A DNA stretch of 64,000 bases from a virus (Duplodnaviria > Caudoviricetes): IMG/VR virus record IMGVR_UViG_3300032280_000442, positions 244,575 through 308,574 of that record; one strand, 5' to 3'. The notes under the pieces were generated by a model. That model was not told where the DNA came from and did not search any database. It worked only from the letters and a program-made list of their open reading frames with translations. Numbering within the stretch: position 1 is the first letter of the stretch; every line of letters begins with the position of its first letter. Made by a program: the position numbers and the translations under genes. Below are positions 1 to 10,371 of the stretch, piece after piece.

Positions 1-240
1 ATTGTTACTGAATTAGAAGATTATGAAGAACTATGGCTTATGTCGTTATGTAAAAATAACATAATGTCAAACTCAACATTTTCTTGGTGGGGAGCGTTTT
101 TAAATAATAACATAAATAAAAAAGTATACACTCCAAGCCTTTGGTTTGGGCCTGCCGGAGAATATAATTTCCAAGACATATATTTAGATTCTTGGACAAA
201 AATAAACGTAACCTATTCCGAAGGAAAATTAATTTTTTAA
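1..240 (+). CDS. GT11 alpha-1,2-fucosyl/colitosyl-transferase, C-terminal part (5' truncated by window edge)
   Basis: Frame open from base 1; MSLCKNNIMSNSTFSWWGAFL...PSLWF is the GT11 C-terminal motif. Confidence 0.85.
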   Translation: MVTELEDYEELWLMSLCKNNIMSNSTFSWWGAFLNNNINKKVYTPSLWFGPAGEYNFQDIYLDSWTKINVTYSEGKLIF

Positions 241-243
241 AAT

Positions 244-1008
244 ATGAATTATTTACAAGGACAAAAATTTAGAGAAATATACGATAACAATAAAATTTAC
301 TATTGTGATACACACGATGTAAATTCATTTTTTGATAATATTAATTTTACACACGATTTTGTGTTGGTATCACACAACAGTGATGGTAATATAACAGATA
401 ACCCTATTAGACATTATGACGCTGATGTTAAAAAAATCCCTAAAAATTTAAAAAAATGGTTTGGACAAAATCTTAATTACGAATCAGAGATTATTGAGTC
501 ATTACCTATTGGTTTAGAAAATTCACAATGGTTTCCGGAAACAAGAAAAATTGAGAAGTTATTTAACATTAATTCAACACCAAAAAATATTAAAAATTTG
601 GTTTATTTAAATTTAAACATATTAAATAATCCGGGTGTTAGACAACCAATTTATGATATGTTAAACGATAAACCATATGTCACAACACAATATGGTAGAA
701 ATGGTTTGGGTTATGATGAATATCTTGATAACGTATACAACCATAAGTTTATGATTTGTCCTGAAGGTAATGGGATTGATGTCCACCAGCCTTGGGAATC
801 TTTATACGTTAACACAATTCCAATTCAAAAGAAAAATATTAATAACAGTAATTGGAGGGAATTACCAATTTGTTGGTTAGATGATTGGGAACAATTAACT
901 GATGAAAATTTTTTAATATCAGAATATAAAAGAATATCTGAAACAAAATTTGATTTATCTAAATTAGATTTTGATTATTGGAAGAATAAAATACAAAATT
1001 CCATATGA
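244..1008 (+). CDS. Exostosin/GT47-like glycosyltransferase
   Basis: HKFMICPEGNGIDVHQPWESLY resembles the GT47-like FCLxPxGxG.D..R.WEAL motif. Confidence 0.6.
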   Translation: MNYLQGQKFREIYDNNKIYYCDTHDVNSFFDNINFTHDFVLVSHNSDGNITDNPIRHYDADVKKIPKNLKKWFGQNLNYESEIIESLPIGLENSQWFPETRKIEKLFNINSTPKNIKNLVYLNLNILNNPGVRQPIYDMLNDKPYVTTQYGRNGLGYDEYLDNVYNHKFMICPEGNGIDVHQPWESLYVNTIPIQKKNINNSNWRELPICWLDDWEQLTDENFLISEYKRISETKFDLSKLDFDYWKNKIQNSI

Positions 1009-2054
1009 AAATAATAGTAATTGGTGCCGGTATTTTTGGTATTACAACGGCACTAACATTATCCGAAAATGGGTATGATGTGACATTAGTAGAATGTGAA
1101 AATGATATAATGACTAAAGCCAGTAAATGTAACCACAATAGATTACATTTTGGGTTTCATTATCCAAGAAGTATTAAAACTGCAAAACAAAGTTTAGACG
1201 GATATGATTTATTTTATAATAATTTTTCAAATTCAGTATTAACTAATTTTCCAAATTATTATTTAATTGAGAAAAATGGTAAAATATCCGGTGATGAGTT
1301 TAAACTATTTTGCGATGAATTAGACATATATTACAAAGAATCATCTCCCAATAATATTGAAGTGGATATGAGTAATATTACTTTATCAACAATAACTAAT
1401 GAACCAATATTTGATTTTGAATCTATTAAAATCGATTTATCAGAAAGATTAAAAAATTCAAAAGTTAGTCTAATTTTAAATAAAACAATAACGTCTGTTT
1501 CAGACTTATCCGGGTTTGATGTCGTTATTAATACAACATATCGTAATATTAATAAAATTAATGAGTTGTTCAATATCGAACCCATAAAGTTAAAATTACA
1601 AGATGTTATTGTCCCAATATTTAAAATGAATTCTGATAAGATTGGTTTAACAATTATGGATGGTGAGTATTGTACTATTATGCCAAAAGGGTTTGAAACG
1701 AATACTTTTTTATTATACCACGTAAAACACTCGGTTCTTAAACAAATTGAGGATTATGTGATTCCAAATAATTGGGTTAATAATGACCCGGAGTATATTA
1801 ATAACAAAATAAATGAAATATACGAATCTTCAAAAACTTACTACCCATTCTTAAAAGATTGTGAGAAAATATCATATTGGAGAACAGTTAGAGCATTACC
1901 AATTAATGATGACGATGAACGTTTAAGTACGTTAACTCTTAATAACGTTGGTGATAAAAAAATAATAACATTATTGTCAGGTAAAATAACAACTTGTTGG
2001 TTAATGTCTGAAAAAATATTAAAAATATTAAATGAAAACACTACTAATAGGTAA
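1005..2054 (+). CDS. FAD-dependent oxidoreductase
   Basis: N-terminal IIVIGAGIFG...VTLVE Rossmann motif; RLHFGFHYPRS. Confidence 0.8.
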   Translation: MKIIVIGAGIFGITTALTLSENGYDVTLVECENDIMTKASKCNHNRLHFGFHYPRSIKTAKQSLDGYDLFYNNFSNSVLTNFPNYYLIEKNGKISGDEFKLFCDELDIYYKESSPNNIEVDMSNITLSTITNEPIFDFESIKIDLSERLKNSKVSLILNKTITSVSDLSGFDVVINTTYRNINKINELFNIEPIKLKLQDVIVPIFKMNSDKIGLTIMDGEYCTIMPKGFETNTFLLYHVKHSVLKQIEDYVIPNNWVNNDPEYINNKINEIYESSKTYYPFLKDCEKISYWRTVRALPINDDDERLSTLTLNNVGDKKIITLLSGKITTCWLMSEKILKILNENTTNR

Positions 2055-2799
2055 CGGATACTGGGGGTCGATAGTGCAGTCTAAATTAATAACTCAAACT
2101 GATTTACTCTACGTTGCAAACTCTAAAGATAATATTGACGATATTTTAAATAAGTTTGATGTTGATTATGTTTTTGTTTGCACCCCAACTGACACACACT
2201 ACGATATTGTTAAAAAATGTCTTAATCACCATAAAAACGTTTTTTGCGAAAAACCTTTTACCGGTGATTTCGATAAAGCAAAAGAATTATATGAAATATC
2301 TGAAAAAAATAATGTAAACATTTTTGTTGATAATATTTTTCTATATCGATATGAATTTATTAATATACAAAACACCGCATTCAGTAATATTAAATTTATA
2401 TGGAATAAATACGAAAATATATTTAACGAAAACTTATTAAACAGATTACTTTACCACGACTTATATTTATTATTGAATTTATCAAATAACGGGTGGAACA
2501 TTAAATCGTGTAATATTTTTGATGACAGATTATCATTATCGTTAATTAACAACGATTTAACTTCCGAATTTAATTATAATAGAAGTTGTAAAGATAAAAA
2601 AGAAAAAATATTAATTTTAGATAATCACATCGTAGATTTTTCAGAACCGTTAAATGACCCATTATCAGAAATAATTAATAATTTACAAAATAATAAGATT
2701 AACCTTGAGGTTAATAAAAATATAACCCTAAACACAATTAAACTTTTAAACAAAATACAAAATGAATGCTTACTACACACATCAAGACACATTAAATAA
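2032..2799 (+). CDS. Gfo/Idh/MocA-family NAD(P) oxidoreductase
   Basis: LIGNGYWG; VCTPTDTH; NVFCEKP. Confidence 0.8.
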   Translation: MKTLLIGNGYWGSIVQSKLITQTDLLYVANSKDNIDDILNKFDVDYVFVCTPTDTHYDIVKKCLNHHKNVFCEKPFTGDFDKAKELYEISEKNNVNIFVDNIFLYRYEFINIQNTAFSNIKFIWNKYENIFNENLLNRLLYHDLYLLLNLSNNGWNIKSCNIFDDRLSLSLINNDLTSEFNYNRSCKDKKEKILILDNHIVDFSEPLNDPLSEIINNLQNNKINLEVNKNITLNTIKLLNKIQNECLLHTSRHIK

Positions 2800-3301
2800 A
2801 ATTTTAGAATCTTTCGATTATTCAACACCAATTCACTGCCTTGAATTTGGTTCAGGTGATGGTAGTTCTTCTGTTTTTCATACTTTTGCACAATCTAACC
2901 CAAATTTAACTGTGGATTGTTTTGAACACGAGGAAAGTTGGTTAAATAGTATGTCAGAAAAATATAAATTAAACAATTATAATTTTAATGTAGTCGATTG
3001 GTCAACAATGAATTATGATGATTTAAAAATTAAAAATTATGATTTAATTTTTGTGGACCAGGGAGATTGGGATGCCAGATTAGTTACGATAGACAAAATG
3101 AAAAATAATGCTAAGTATATTATATTACACGACTATTGTTATTATAATGGTTTTGGTCCCGGAATGGTACATTCGCCAGATATGGATTTTAATAACGTTG
3201 GTGAAGGTTCTTTTTTCCATAAATATAGTGTTGATTTTGAAGTTACCGGTGTAACCGAATTATTCCCACCAACATTAATTTTAAAATCTAAAAATTTATA
3301 A
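2762..3301 (+). CDS. Class I SAM-dependent methyltransferase-like protein
   Basis: CLEFGSGDGSS motif I; YDLIFVD; IILHD. Confidence 0.65.
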   Translation: MNAYYTHQDTLNKILESFDYSTPIHCLEFGSGDGSSSVFHTFAQSNPNLTVDCFEHEESWLNSMSEKYKLNNYNFNVVDWSTMNYDDLKIKNYDLIFVDQGDWDARLVTIDKMKNNAKYIILHDYCYYNGFGPGMVHSPDMDFNNVGEGSFFHKYSVDFEVTGVTELFPPTLILKSKNL

Positions 3302-4113
3302 TGATATCGGTTTATTTAAATGGCCGGTTAGGCAATAACTTATTTCAATACGCTTTTTGTAGAATATCGTCAATTAAAAAAAATTGTAATTTTTACATAC
3401 CAAAAAATCGAGAAGAATCAATTTCTTTTTATGGTTATTGTTCACAAAAAACATCTCAATATTTAGAGATGTCTTGTGAATCAAACCCACATTATTGGAC
3501 CGGTGAAAAATTATTTACCATCGATTATGGAATCAATGACGGACATATATATAAATCAATTGGTAACACAAATGTTGAAAACGTTACAGATGGAACATTA
3601 TTAGTAGATTTTTATCAATCAGATTCATATCTGTTAGAATATCGAGACATTATCTTGAATGATTGGTATAAATTTAATGAAAGTATTGTTGAAGAATCTA
3701 AAGAATTACTTAATAGGTACAATGTTGATGAATATTGTTATATACATTTAAGAGGTACGGATTACAAAACTATTCCACAATATTTTTTACCCATTAATTA
3801 TTATTTGAAAGCAATCGACCATATAAAAGAATTGAACCCAAATATTAAATTTTTAGTTATAACCGATGATGTTGATGAGGGTAAAAAAATGTTCCCCGAA
3901 TTTGAGGTTTTAAGTAACTCAACAGAAATTGATTTTTATTTAATTTCACAATCTAAATACAAGATAATTCCAAACTCATCTTTTTCTTGGTGGGCATCTT
4001 GGTTATCACAAAATAATAAAATAACAATAGCGCCAAATAATTGGTTCAACTATAATAGTGGTGACACATTCTCACCACCCGGAATAAAAACATCTTTTTT
4101 TACTTATATTTAA
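3301..4113 (+). CDS. GT11 alpha-1,2-fucosyl/colitosyl-transferase
   Basis: GRLGNNLFQYA; IHLRGTDY; NSSFSWWASWL. Confidence 0.9.
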   Translation: MISVYLNGRLGNNLFQYAFCRISSIKKNCNFYIPKNREESISFYGYCSQKTSQYLEMSCESNPHYWTGEKLFTIDYGINDGHIYKSIGNTNVENVTDGTLLVDFYQSDSYLLEYRDIILNDWYKFNESIVEESKELLNRYNVDEYCYIHLRGTDYKTIPQYFLPINYYLKAIDHIKELNPNIKFLVITDDVDEGKKMFPEFEVLSNSTEIDFYLISQSKYKIIPNSSFSWWASWLSQNNKITIAPNNWFNYNSGDTFSPPGIKTSFFTYI

Positions 4114-4114
4114 T

Positions 4115-5026
4115 ATGTTAATACTTACACACATTGGACTTCAACTACCTGAGTATTTGAATACGTTTTTAACACAAGTTAGAAAATTTAATAATAACTA
4201 TGATATCGTTTTTTTGGTTAACCAAGTTAATTGTGAAAACGAAATATTCAAAACACATAATGTTAAAACTTACCCAATTGAGGAATTAATTACCGATAGG
4301 GTTAATAATTTTATTAATAATTTTGGTTATGGTAACATTAATACTGTACACCAAAATATTCTTTATGGTGCCCCTGATTATTGGTGTGTTACCGCAGCAA
4401 GGTTGTTTTTTATTTATGAATATTGTTTAAGGAGCAATGTTAGTAAATTTTTTCATTTTGAAAATGACATTATGTTATACGAAAATTTAAATACTATTGA
4501 AAATTTAATTGTTAAAAATAGTTTGTATCATAATCAAATTTCTATAACAAGAGGTACTAACAATAAAATTATGACCGGATTTATGTATGTGGATACTTTA
4601 GAATCTTTTAATCATTTATTGACTGAAATAAATCACTACTTAGAATCTAAATTAGATTTATTTTCGTTTGGTATCGACCATTTAAATGAAATGGGATTAC
4701 TTCACATATATCAAGTAAACAACCCCGATAAATTAATTAATTTACCAATAGCCCCAAATAATAATTTAACAACAGATTTTGAATTTTATCAGTCCGTTTT
4801 TGACCCGGCCACATATGGTCAATTTCTTGATGGAACACCAGGGTCTCCGGGTGTTAGTCTAATACCGGATAGTATCATTGGGACCGAATTTAGTTATTCA
4901 AATATACCAATAACATTTGAAGTTATTGATAATTTAAGAATACCATTCGTGAGTTATAATAACAATAGATATAAAATAAATTCTTTACATATTCACTCAA
5001 AAAGATTAAACTTATTTCTAAGCTAA
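4115..5026 (+). CDS. Putative glycosyltransferase-like protein
   Basis: HFENDIMLY (DxD-like), FDPATYGQFL, LHIHSK; within glycan locus. Confidence 0.5.
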   Translation: MLILTHIGLQLPEYLNTFLTQVRKFNNNYDIVFLVNQVNCENEIFKTHNVKTYPIEELITDRVNNFINNFGYGNINTVHQNILYGAPDYWCVTAARLFFIYEYCLRSNVSKFFHFENDIMLYENLNTIENLIVKNSLYHNQISITRGTNNKIMTGFMYVDTLESFNHLLTEINHYLESKLDLFSFGIDHLNEMGLLHIYQVNNPDKLINLPIAPNNNLTTDFEFYQSVFDPATYGQFLDGTPGSPGVSLIPDSIIGTEFSYSNIPITFEVIDNLRIPFVSYNNNRYKINSLHIHSKRLNLFLS

Positions 5027-5037
5027 AATAAATTAAA

Positions 5038-5802
5038 ATGAAAAACTACGACATAGTAATTGTATCCCACGAAAAAGATTTCAATAATATTAAATTTATT
5101 GTTGAGTATTCTCAAAAAAACTTAAAGTTTGATTCAATACACTTAATTTTAAGTGAAAGAAAAGAATTCACCGATTTAGAATTGATAAAAACTTTAACAG
5201 ATAAACCTGTATTTTTACATTTAGAAAGTAATATTTTAAAGGTTGATAAATCAAGAATTAACCATAGACCAAATTGGATTTATCAAATGTTGTTGAAAAT
5301 TTTCCAAGATGTTACATTAAACGATGATTTTTTAATTATTGAGTCTGATTGTTTAATACTTAAAGAAATTAACTTTTTTGAGGAAGATAAAACAACTTTA
5401 TATTTATGTCGAGACCAACACCACACACCATATTTTAACTTTAATAATTTATTAGGATTTGGAAGAGAATATAACCATTCATTCATTTCTGAATTTATGA
5501 TGTATAATAAACAAATAGTAAAAGATTTGTTAAATAAATCAAATTGTAAAGATGTTAATGATTTTTTAGAAATTATATATAATAATGTGAATGGGGATTG
5601 TTATCCAGCCGATTACGAATTATATGGTAATTTTTGTATTAAATATCATAGAGATAAAGTAGATGTGAAACATTTAAACTATAATTTTTTTGGGAGAGAA
5701 TCCACACATAACCCATTTTGGACTGACTCAGAAATAATTGAATTAATTAATAGTAATTTAGATAAAGAAGTTATAAGCTTCCATACTTGGGGAGAAAATT
5801 AA
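5038..5802 (+). CDS. Putative GT-A fold nucleotide-diphospho-sugar transferase
   Basis: WIYQMLLK; LIIESDC (DxD-like); DYELYGNF; context. Confidence 0.5.
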   Translation: MKNYDIVIVSHEKDFNNIKFIVEYSQKNLKFDSIHLILSERKEFTDLELIKTLTDKPVFLHLESNILKVDKSRINHRPNWIYQMLLKIFQDVTLNDDFLIIESDCLILKEINFFEEDKTTLYLCRDQHHTPYFNFNNLLGFGREYNHSFISEFMMYNKQIVKDLLNKSNCKDVNDFLEIIYNNVNGDCYPADYELYGNFCIKYHRDKVDVKHLNYNFFGRESTHNPFWTDSEIIELINSNLDKEVISFHTWGEN

Positions 5803-5806
5803 AATT

Positions 5807-6592
5807 ATGACACTTAAACCTTCGTTAATAATAGGTAATACGTCTCAATTAAGTTATTATTTCCCCGATACTTTTGAAAAAATATCATCTAGAAATATTG
5901 AATTTGATAGAGTTTGTTCACAACAATATGATAAAGTTTTTTTGTTGTTTGCAGAACAAAGGACTTTTTTAAATGAGTCTGAGGATTTTTTTGTAAAAAC
6001 TAATGTTGATTATACTATAGAGGTTATTAATAAATTTAAAGATATCTCAAATAAAATCATCATTTATTCAACATCAGAATTGTGGAACAAATATGATGGA
6101 TGTATATCGTTAAAAGATAGTTACAATTATAATTATTCCCCATACATTAAATCAAAAGAAATCCTTTGTAATTACATTAACAATAATAGAGACATTTATC
6201 CTAACGTAATTATTATATACCCATTTAATTTCAATTCAGTTTATAGAAAAGAAGGATTTCTTTTTGGTAAAATATTTGATTCAATATTAAATAATAAAAA
6301 AATATCTATCGGAGATATAAATTTTAATAGAGATTTAACCCACCCAAAAAATATTGTAGACATTTCATTAAAGGTTAATGAGGATTGCATTATTGGTTCC
6401 GGAGAATTAATTAACGTCCAAAAATTTATTGAGGACATATTTGCAAAATTAAATAAAAACATTATAGATTACATTGAATATGATGATTCTAATAATCTAA
6501 AAACAAAAAGAGGTGGATATTATTGTTGTGATAAAACAATTGATTATGATGACCTCATTAACTTAACAATTAAAGACATATATGAGTATTAA
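5807..6592 (+). CDS. NAD-dependent epimerase/dehydratase-like protein (divergent SDR)
   Basis: YSTSELW; YIKSK (YxxxK); PFNFNS; RDLTH. Confidence 0.65.
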   Translation: MTLKPSLIIGNTSQLSYYFPDTFEKISSRNIEFDRVCSQQYDKVFLLFAEQRTFLNESEDFFVKTNVDYTIEVINKFKDISNKIIIYSTSELWNKYDGCISLKDSYNYNYSPYIKSKEILCNYINNNRDIYPNVIIIYPFNFNSVYRKEGFLFGKIFDSILNNKKISIGDINFNRDLTHPKNIVDISLKVNEDCIIGSGELINVQKFIEDIFAKLNKNIIDYIEYDDSNNLKTKRGGYYCCDKTIDYDDLINLTIKDIYEY

Positions 6593-7733
6593 ATTAGTAA
6601 AAGACACGATTGATTTTGATGATATCAACAAGTTAATAGAATGGTTAAAAACTAACCCAAGATTAACTAAAGGAGAATTAACTACGACTTTTGAAGATTT
6701 GTGGTCTAAATGGTTAGGTTGCAAATATTCGGTATTTGTTAATTCAGGGTCATCAGCTAATTTGGCTGCAATATATTCATTAATATTGTCAGGTAAATTA
6801 AAAAACAATAAAATTATTGTACCAGCAGTATCTTGGGTTACAACTGTAACACCTGCAATACAATTAGGTCTAACACCTATTATGTGTGATTGTGATATGG
6901 ATAATTTAGGATTAGACATTAATCACTTAAAAACTTTAATTAAAGAAGAAAATCCTTCTGTTATTATTTTAGTTCACGTATTAGGGTTTCCAAATCATAT
7001 GTCTGAAATAATTGAATTATGTAAAGAAAATGATATTTTATTAATTGAAGACACTTGTGAATCAATAGGTTCAAAATATGATGAAAAACATTTAGGAACT
7101 TTTGGTGATTTATCTACGTTTTCTTTTTATTTTGGACACCATATGTCAACAATAGAAGGTGGTATGATATCAACTGATGACGAAGACTTATACCATATTT
7201 TACTATCCATTAGGTCACACGGGTGGGATAGAGACTTACCTATATCAAAACAAAAAGAATTACGTGAAAAATATAAAATTAATGATTTCAAATCATTATA
7301 CACTTTTTATTATCCAGGATTTAATTTACGAGCAACAGACTTACAAGCATTCATTGGGATTCAACAAATGGGGAAATTAAATGATATTGTTGAAGGTCGA
7401 AATAAAAATTATTTGAGATATCAAGAAGGTATTAATAATAGTTTTTGGAATGTGAAACCAACAAGTAATTCTTATGTATCAAACTTTTCTTACCCAATAA
7501 TCACAAAAAATCTTGATAAATTAATATCTGAGTTACAAAATAATGATATTGAATGTCGACCTTTAATTTGTGGGTCAATAAATGAACACCCGTTTTGGTA
7601 TGAAAGATATGGTAAACAAGAATTACCAAACTCAAAATTAGTTCACGAATATGGTTTATACTTACCTAATAACCACCAAATGACTGAAGAAGAAGTGACT
7701 AAAGTAATTAAAATTGTTAACGAGAATATATGA
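6582..7733 (+). CDS. colD: PLP-dependent GDP-4-keto-6-deoxy-D-mannose 3-dehydratase (ColD-like, DegT/DnrJ family)
   Basis: VNSGSSANL; LIEDTCES; FSFYFGHHMSTIEGG with His at the usual Lys position; HGWDR. Confidence 0.7.
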   Translation: MSIKLVKDTIDFDDINKLIEWLKTNPRLTKGELTTTFEDLWSKWLGCKYSVFVNSGSSANLAAIYSLILSGKLKNNKIIVPAVSWVTTVTPAIQLGLTPIMCDCDMDNLGLDINHLKTLIKEENPSVIILVHVLGFPNHMSEIIELCKENDILLIEDTCESIGSKYDEKHLGTFGDLSTFSFYFGHHMSTIEGGMISTDDEDLYHILLSIRSHGWDRDLPISKQKELREKYKINDFKSLYTFYYPGFNLRATDLQAFIGIQQMGKLNDIVEGRNKNYLRYQEGINNSFWNVKPTSNSYVSNFSYPIITKNLDKLISELQNNDIECRPLICGSINEHPFWYERYGKQELPNSKLVHEYGLYLPNNHQMTEEEVTKVIKIVNENI

Positions 7734-8632
7734 GAAAATTATTAGTAACCGGTGGTAATGGTTTAGTTGGTTCTTCCATTATCTCTGATGTAAAAATTGG
7801 TAAACAATATGACTTAAGAAATATTGAAGAAACCAATAAAATGTTTGACTATTATAAACCAACTCACGTTATTCATTGTGCTGGAAAAGTTGGTGGTGTT
7901 AGTGCCAATATGGATTATAAAGGAGAATTCTTTTATGATAACATAATGATTAATACTAATGTTATTGAATCGTGTAGATTACATAACGTTAAAAAATTAG
8001 TATCATTTTTATCCACTTGCGTATTTCCAGACAATATTGAATACCCTATTACAGAAAAAAAGATTCATTTAGGAGAACCTCACTTTTCAAATTATCCATA
8101 CGCCTACGCTAAACGAATGGCTGATATTCAAATCAGGGCTTACCGAGAACAATATGGGTTAAATTATGTTTCAGTTATACCAACAAACATATATGGACCA
8201 AATGATAATTTCTCACTTAATTCAGGTCACGTAATACCAATGTTACTACATAAAATGTATAACGCTCAAAGAGACAATACGGATTTTGTTGTTTGGGGTA
8301 GTGGAACACCATTAAGAGAATTTATTTATTCTAAAGATGTTGCTAAATTATCTGAATGGGCTTTAGACAATTATGATGAATCCGAACCAATAATATTCAG
8401 TAATTCTGTTGAAATTAGTATTATGGACTTAGTTGACTTATTAGTAAAAGAATTTAACTTTAAAGGGAAGGTAGTATTTGATAACTCAAAACCGGATGGA
8501 CAATTTAGAAAACCATCCGACAATTCAAAATTAAAATCATATTTACCTAATTTTGAATTTACCCCAATTGAAAAGGGATTAAAAGAAACAATAAATTGGT
8601 TTATAGAAAATTATGACAAAACAAGAAAGTAA
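7730..8632 (+). CDS. fcl: GDP-L-fucose/GDP-L-colitose synthase (Fcl/ColC)
   Basis: VTGGNGLVG; AGKVGG; LSTCVFP; YAYAKR; PTNIYGPNDNF; WGSGTPLREF. Confidence 0.9.
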   Translation: MRKLLVTGGNGLVGSSIISDVKIGKQYDLRNIEETNKMFDYYKPTHVIHCAGKVGGVSANMDYKGEFFYDNIMINTNVIESCRLHNVKKLVSFLSTCVFPDNIEYPITEKKIHLGEPHFSNYPYAYAKRMADIQIRAYREQYGLNYVSVIPTNIYGPNDNFSLNSGHVIPMLLHKMYNAQRDNTDFVVWGSGTPLREFIYSKDVAKLSEWALDNYDESEPIIFSNSVEISIMDLVDLLVKEFNFKGKVVFDNSKPDGQFRKPSDNSKLKSYLPNFEFTPIEKGLKETINWFIENYDKTRK

Positions 8633-9602
8633 AATAGCACTAATCACTGGGATTAATGGTCAAGACGGTTCTTATCTTGCAGAATTCTTATTAGAAAAAG
8701 GATATGAAGTTCACGGAACTTTAAAACGAAATTCAGTATCAGAAAATCAAACATCAAGATTGGATAAAGTATACGATAAAGTTAAATTACATTACGCTGA
8801 TTTAACCGACCTATCATCATTAGTACGTGTTATTAGTGAGGTTAAACCGATTGAAATCTATAATTTAGCCGCTCAATCACACGTAAGAATATCTTTTGAC
8901 CAACCATTATACACCGCAAATGTTACGGGGATAGGAACTTTAAATGTTTTAGAGGCAGTCAAATTATTAAACCCATCTATTAAAATTTATCAAGCATCAT
9001 CATCAGAAATGTTTGGAAATTCAATTGATACGGATGGATATCAAAGAGAAACTACACCATTGAATCCCGTATCACCTTACGGATGTGCCAAAGTTTTTAG
9101 TTATAATATTTGTCGTAATTATAGAAATTCATATGGAATGTTTATTTCAAATGGAATATTATTCAACCACGAATCACCAAGAAGAGGTACTAACTTTGTA
9201 ACTAATAAAGTTTGTAAAGAAGCCGTTAAAATAAAACTTGGATTATCCAATGAACTTAAACTAGGTAACTTAGATGCCACTCGAGATTGGGGACACGCAA
9301 AAGATTATGTTAAAGTAATGTGGGAGATTCTTCAATTGGATAAACCTGATGATTTTGTATGTGCAACAGGAATATCACATTCAGTACAAGACCTATGTGA
9401 GTATGTTTTTGGAAAATTAGATTTAGATTGGGAATTATATGTAAAACAAGACGAGAAGTTTTTAAGACCGGAAGAATTACATAATTTAAAAGGTGACCCA
9501 TCAAAATTAGTAAAAGCGACGGGATGGACTCACGACTATACTTTTGAGAGTATGTTAGACGAAATGATTGAACATTGGTTAACATATTATAAACAACAAT
9601 AA
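8613..9602 (+). CDS. gmd: GDP-mannose 4,6-dehydratase
   Basis: ALITGINGQDGSYLAEFLL; LAAQSHV; YQASSSEMFG; NGILFNHESPRRG; RDWGHAKDYV. Confidence 0.97.
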   Translation: MTKQESKIALITGINGQDGSYLAEFLLEKGYEVHGTLKRNSVSENQTSRLDKVYDKVKLHYADLTDLSSLVRVISEVKPIEIYNLAAQSHVRISFDQPLYTANVTGIGTLNVLEAVKLLNPSIKIYQASSSEMFGNSIDTDGYQRETTPLNPVSPYGCAKVFSYNICRNYRNSYGMFISNGILFNHESPRRGTNFVTNKVCKEAVKIKLGLSNELKLGNLDATRDWGHAKDYVKVMWEILQLDKPDDFVCATGISHSVQDLCEYVFGKLDLDWELYVKQDEKFLRPEELHNLKGDPSKLVKATGWTHDYTFESMLDEMIEHWLTYYKQQ

Positions 9603-9609
9603 TTTTAAA

Positions 9610-10371
9610 ATGGCTGAACAGCGAAAAAGAAAACCAACAACAACTCCCACTCCGGAGGTAACAGGTAAACCGGTAAGTAAAAAAGATTTAATTACTCAGA
9701 TTATTAAAAGAAAAACTAAAGAAAAGTTTTTAACTATAAATCAAAAAAAGTATTATGATACTTTAATAGATAGTGAAATAACAATTTGTTCCGGGCCAGC
9801 GGGTGTTGGTAAAAGTTACATAACAATGAAAGCAGCAATTGATTTACTTTCGGACCCAAAAACACCTTACGAAAAAATAATTATTGTTAGACCGGCCGTT
9901 GAAGCCGAAGAAAAATTAGGTTCATTACCAGGTAACGTAGAAGAAAAATTAGACCCATATATTTTCCCCTCTTATTATTTATTAAATAAAATTATTGGAA
10001 AAGAGTCTAGAGAAAAATTAAAAGAGATTGAAGTTATCGAAGTATTTGCATTAGCGTTTATGAGAGGTATGAACATTGATAATTCTATTTTAATATTTGA
10101 AGAAGGTCAAAACGCATCTCCAAGTCAAATGAAACTTCTTTTAACAAGAATTGGGTTTAATAGTAAATTCTTTATTTCAGGTGATGTTGAACAATCAGAC
10201 AAATATAAAAACAAAACCTTAAGTGGTTTATGGGATGCAATTGAAAAATTTAGAGATGATGATTATGTATCAACATTTGAATTTAAAGATAAAAATGATA
10301 TTGTAAGAAACCCATTAATTAGTAAGATATTACGTAAATACGACAACGAACCGGATGAGAATAGCAATTGA
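9610..10371 (+). CDS. phoH: PhoH-family ATPase
   Basis: GPAGVGKS; RPAVEAEEKLGSLPG; FMRGM; GDVEQSD; IVRNPLI. Confidence 0.93.
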   Translation: MAEQRKRKPTTTPTPEVTGKPVSKKDLITQIIKRKTKEKFLTINQKKYYDTLIDSEITICSGPAGVGKSYITMKAAIDLLSDPKTPYEKIIIVRPAVEAEEKLGSLPGNVEEKLDPYIFPSYYLLNKIIGKESREKLKEIEVIEVFALAFMRGMNIDNSILIFEEGQNASPSQMKLLLTRIGFNSKFFISGDVEQSDKYKNKTLSGLWDAIEKFRDDDYVSTFEFKDKNDIVRNPLISKILRKYDNEPDENSN

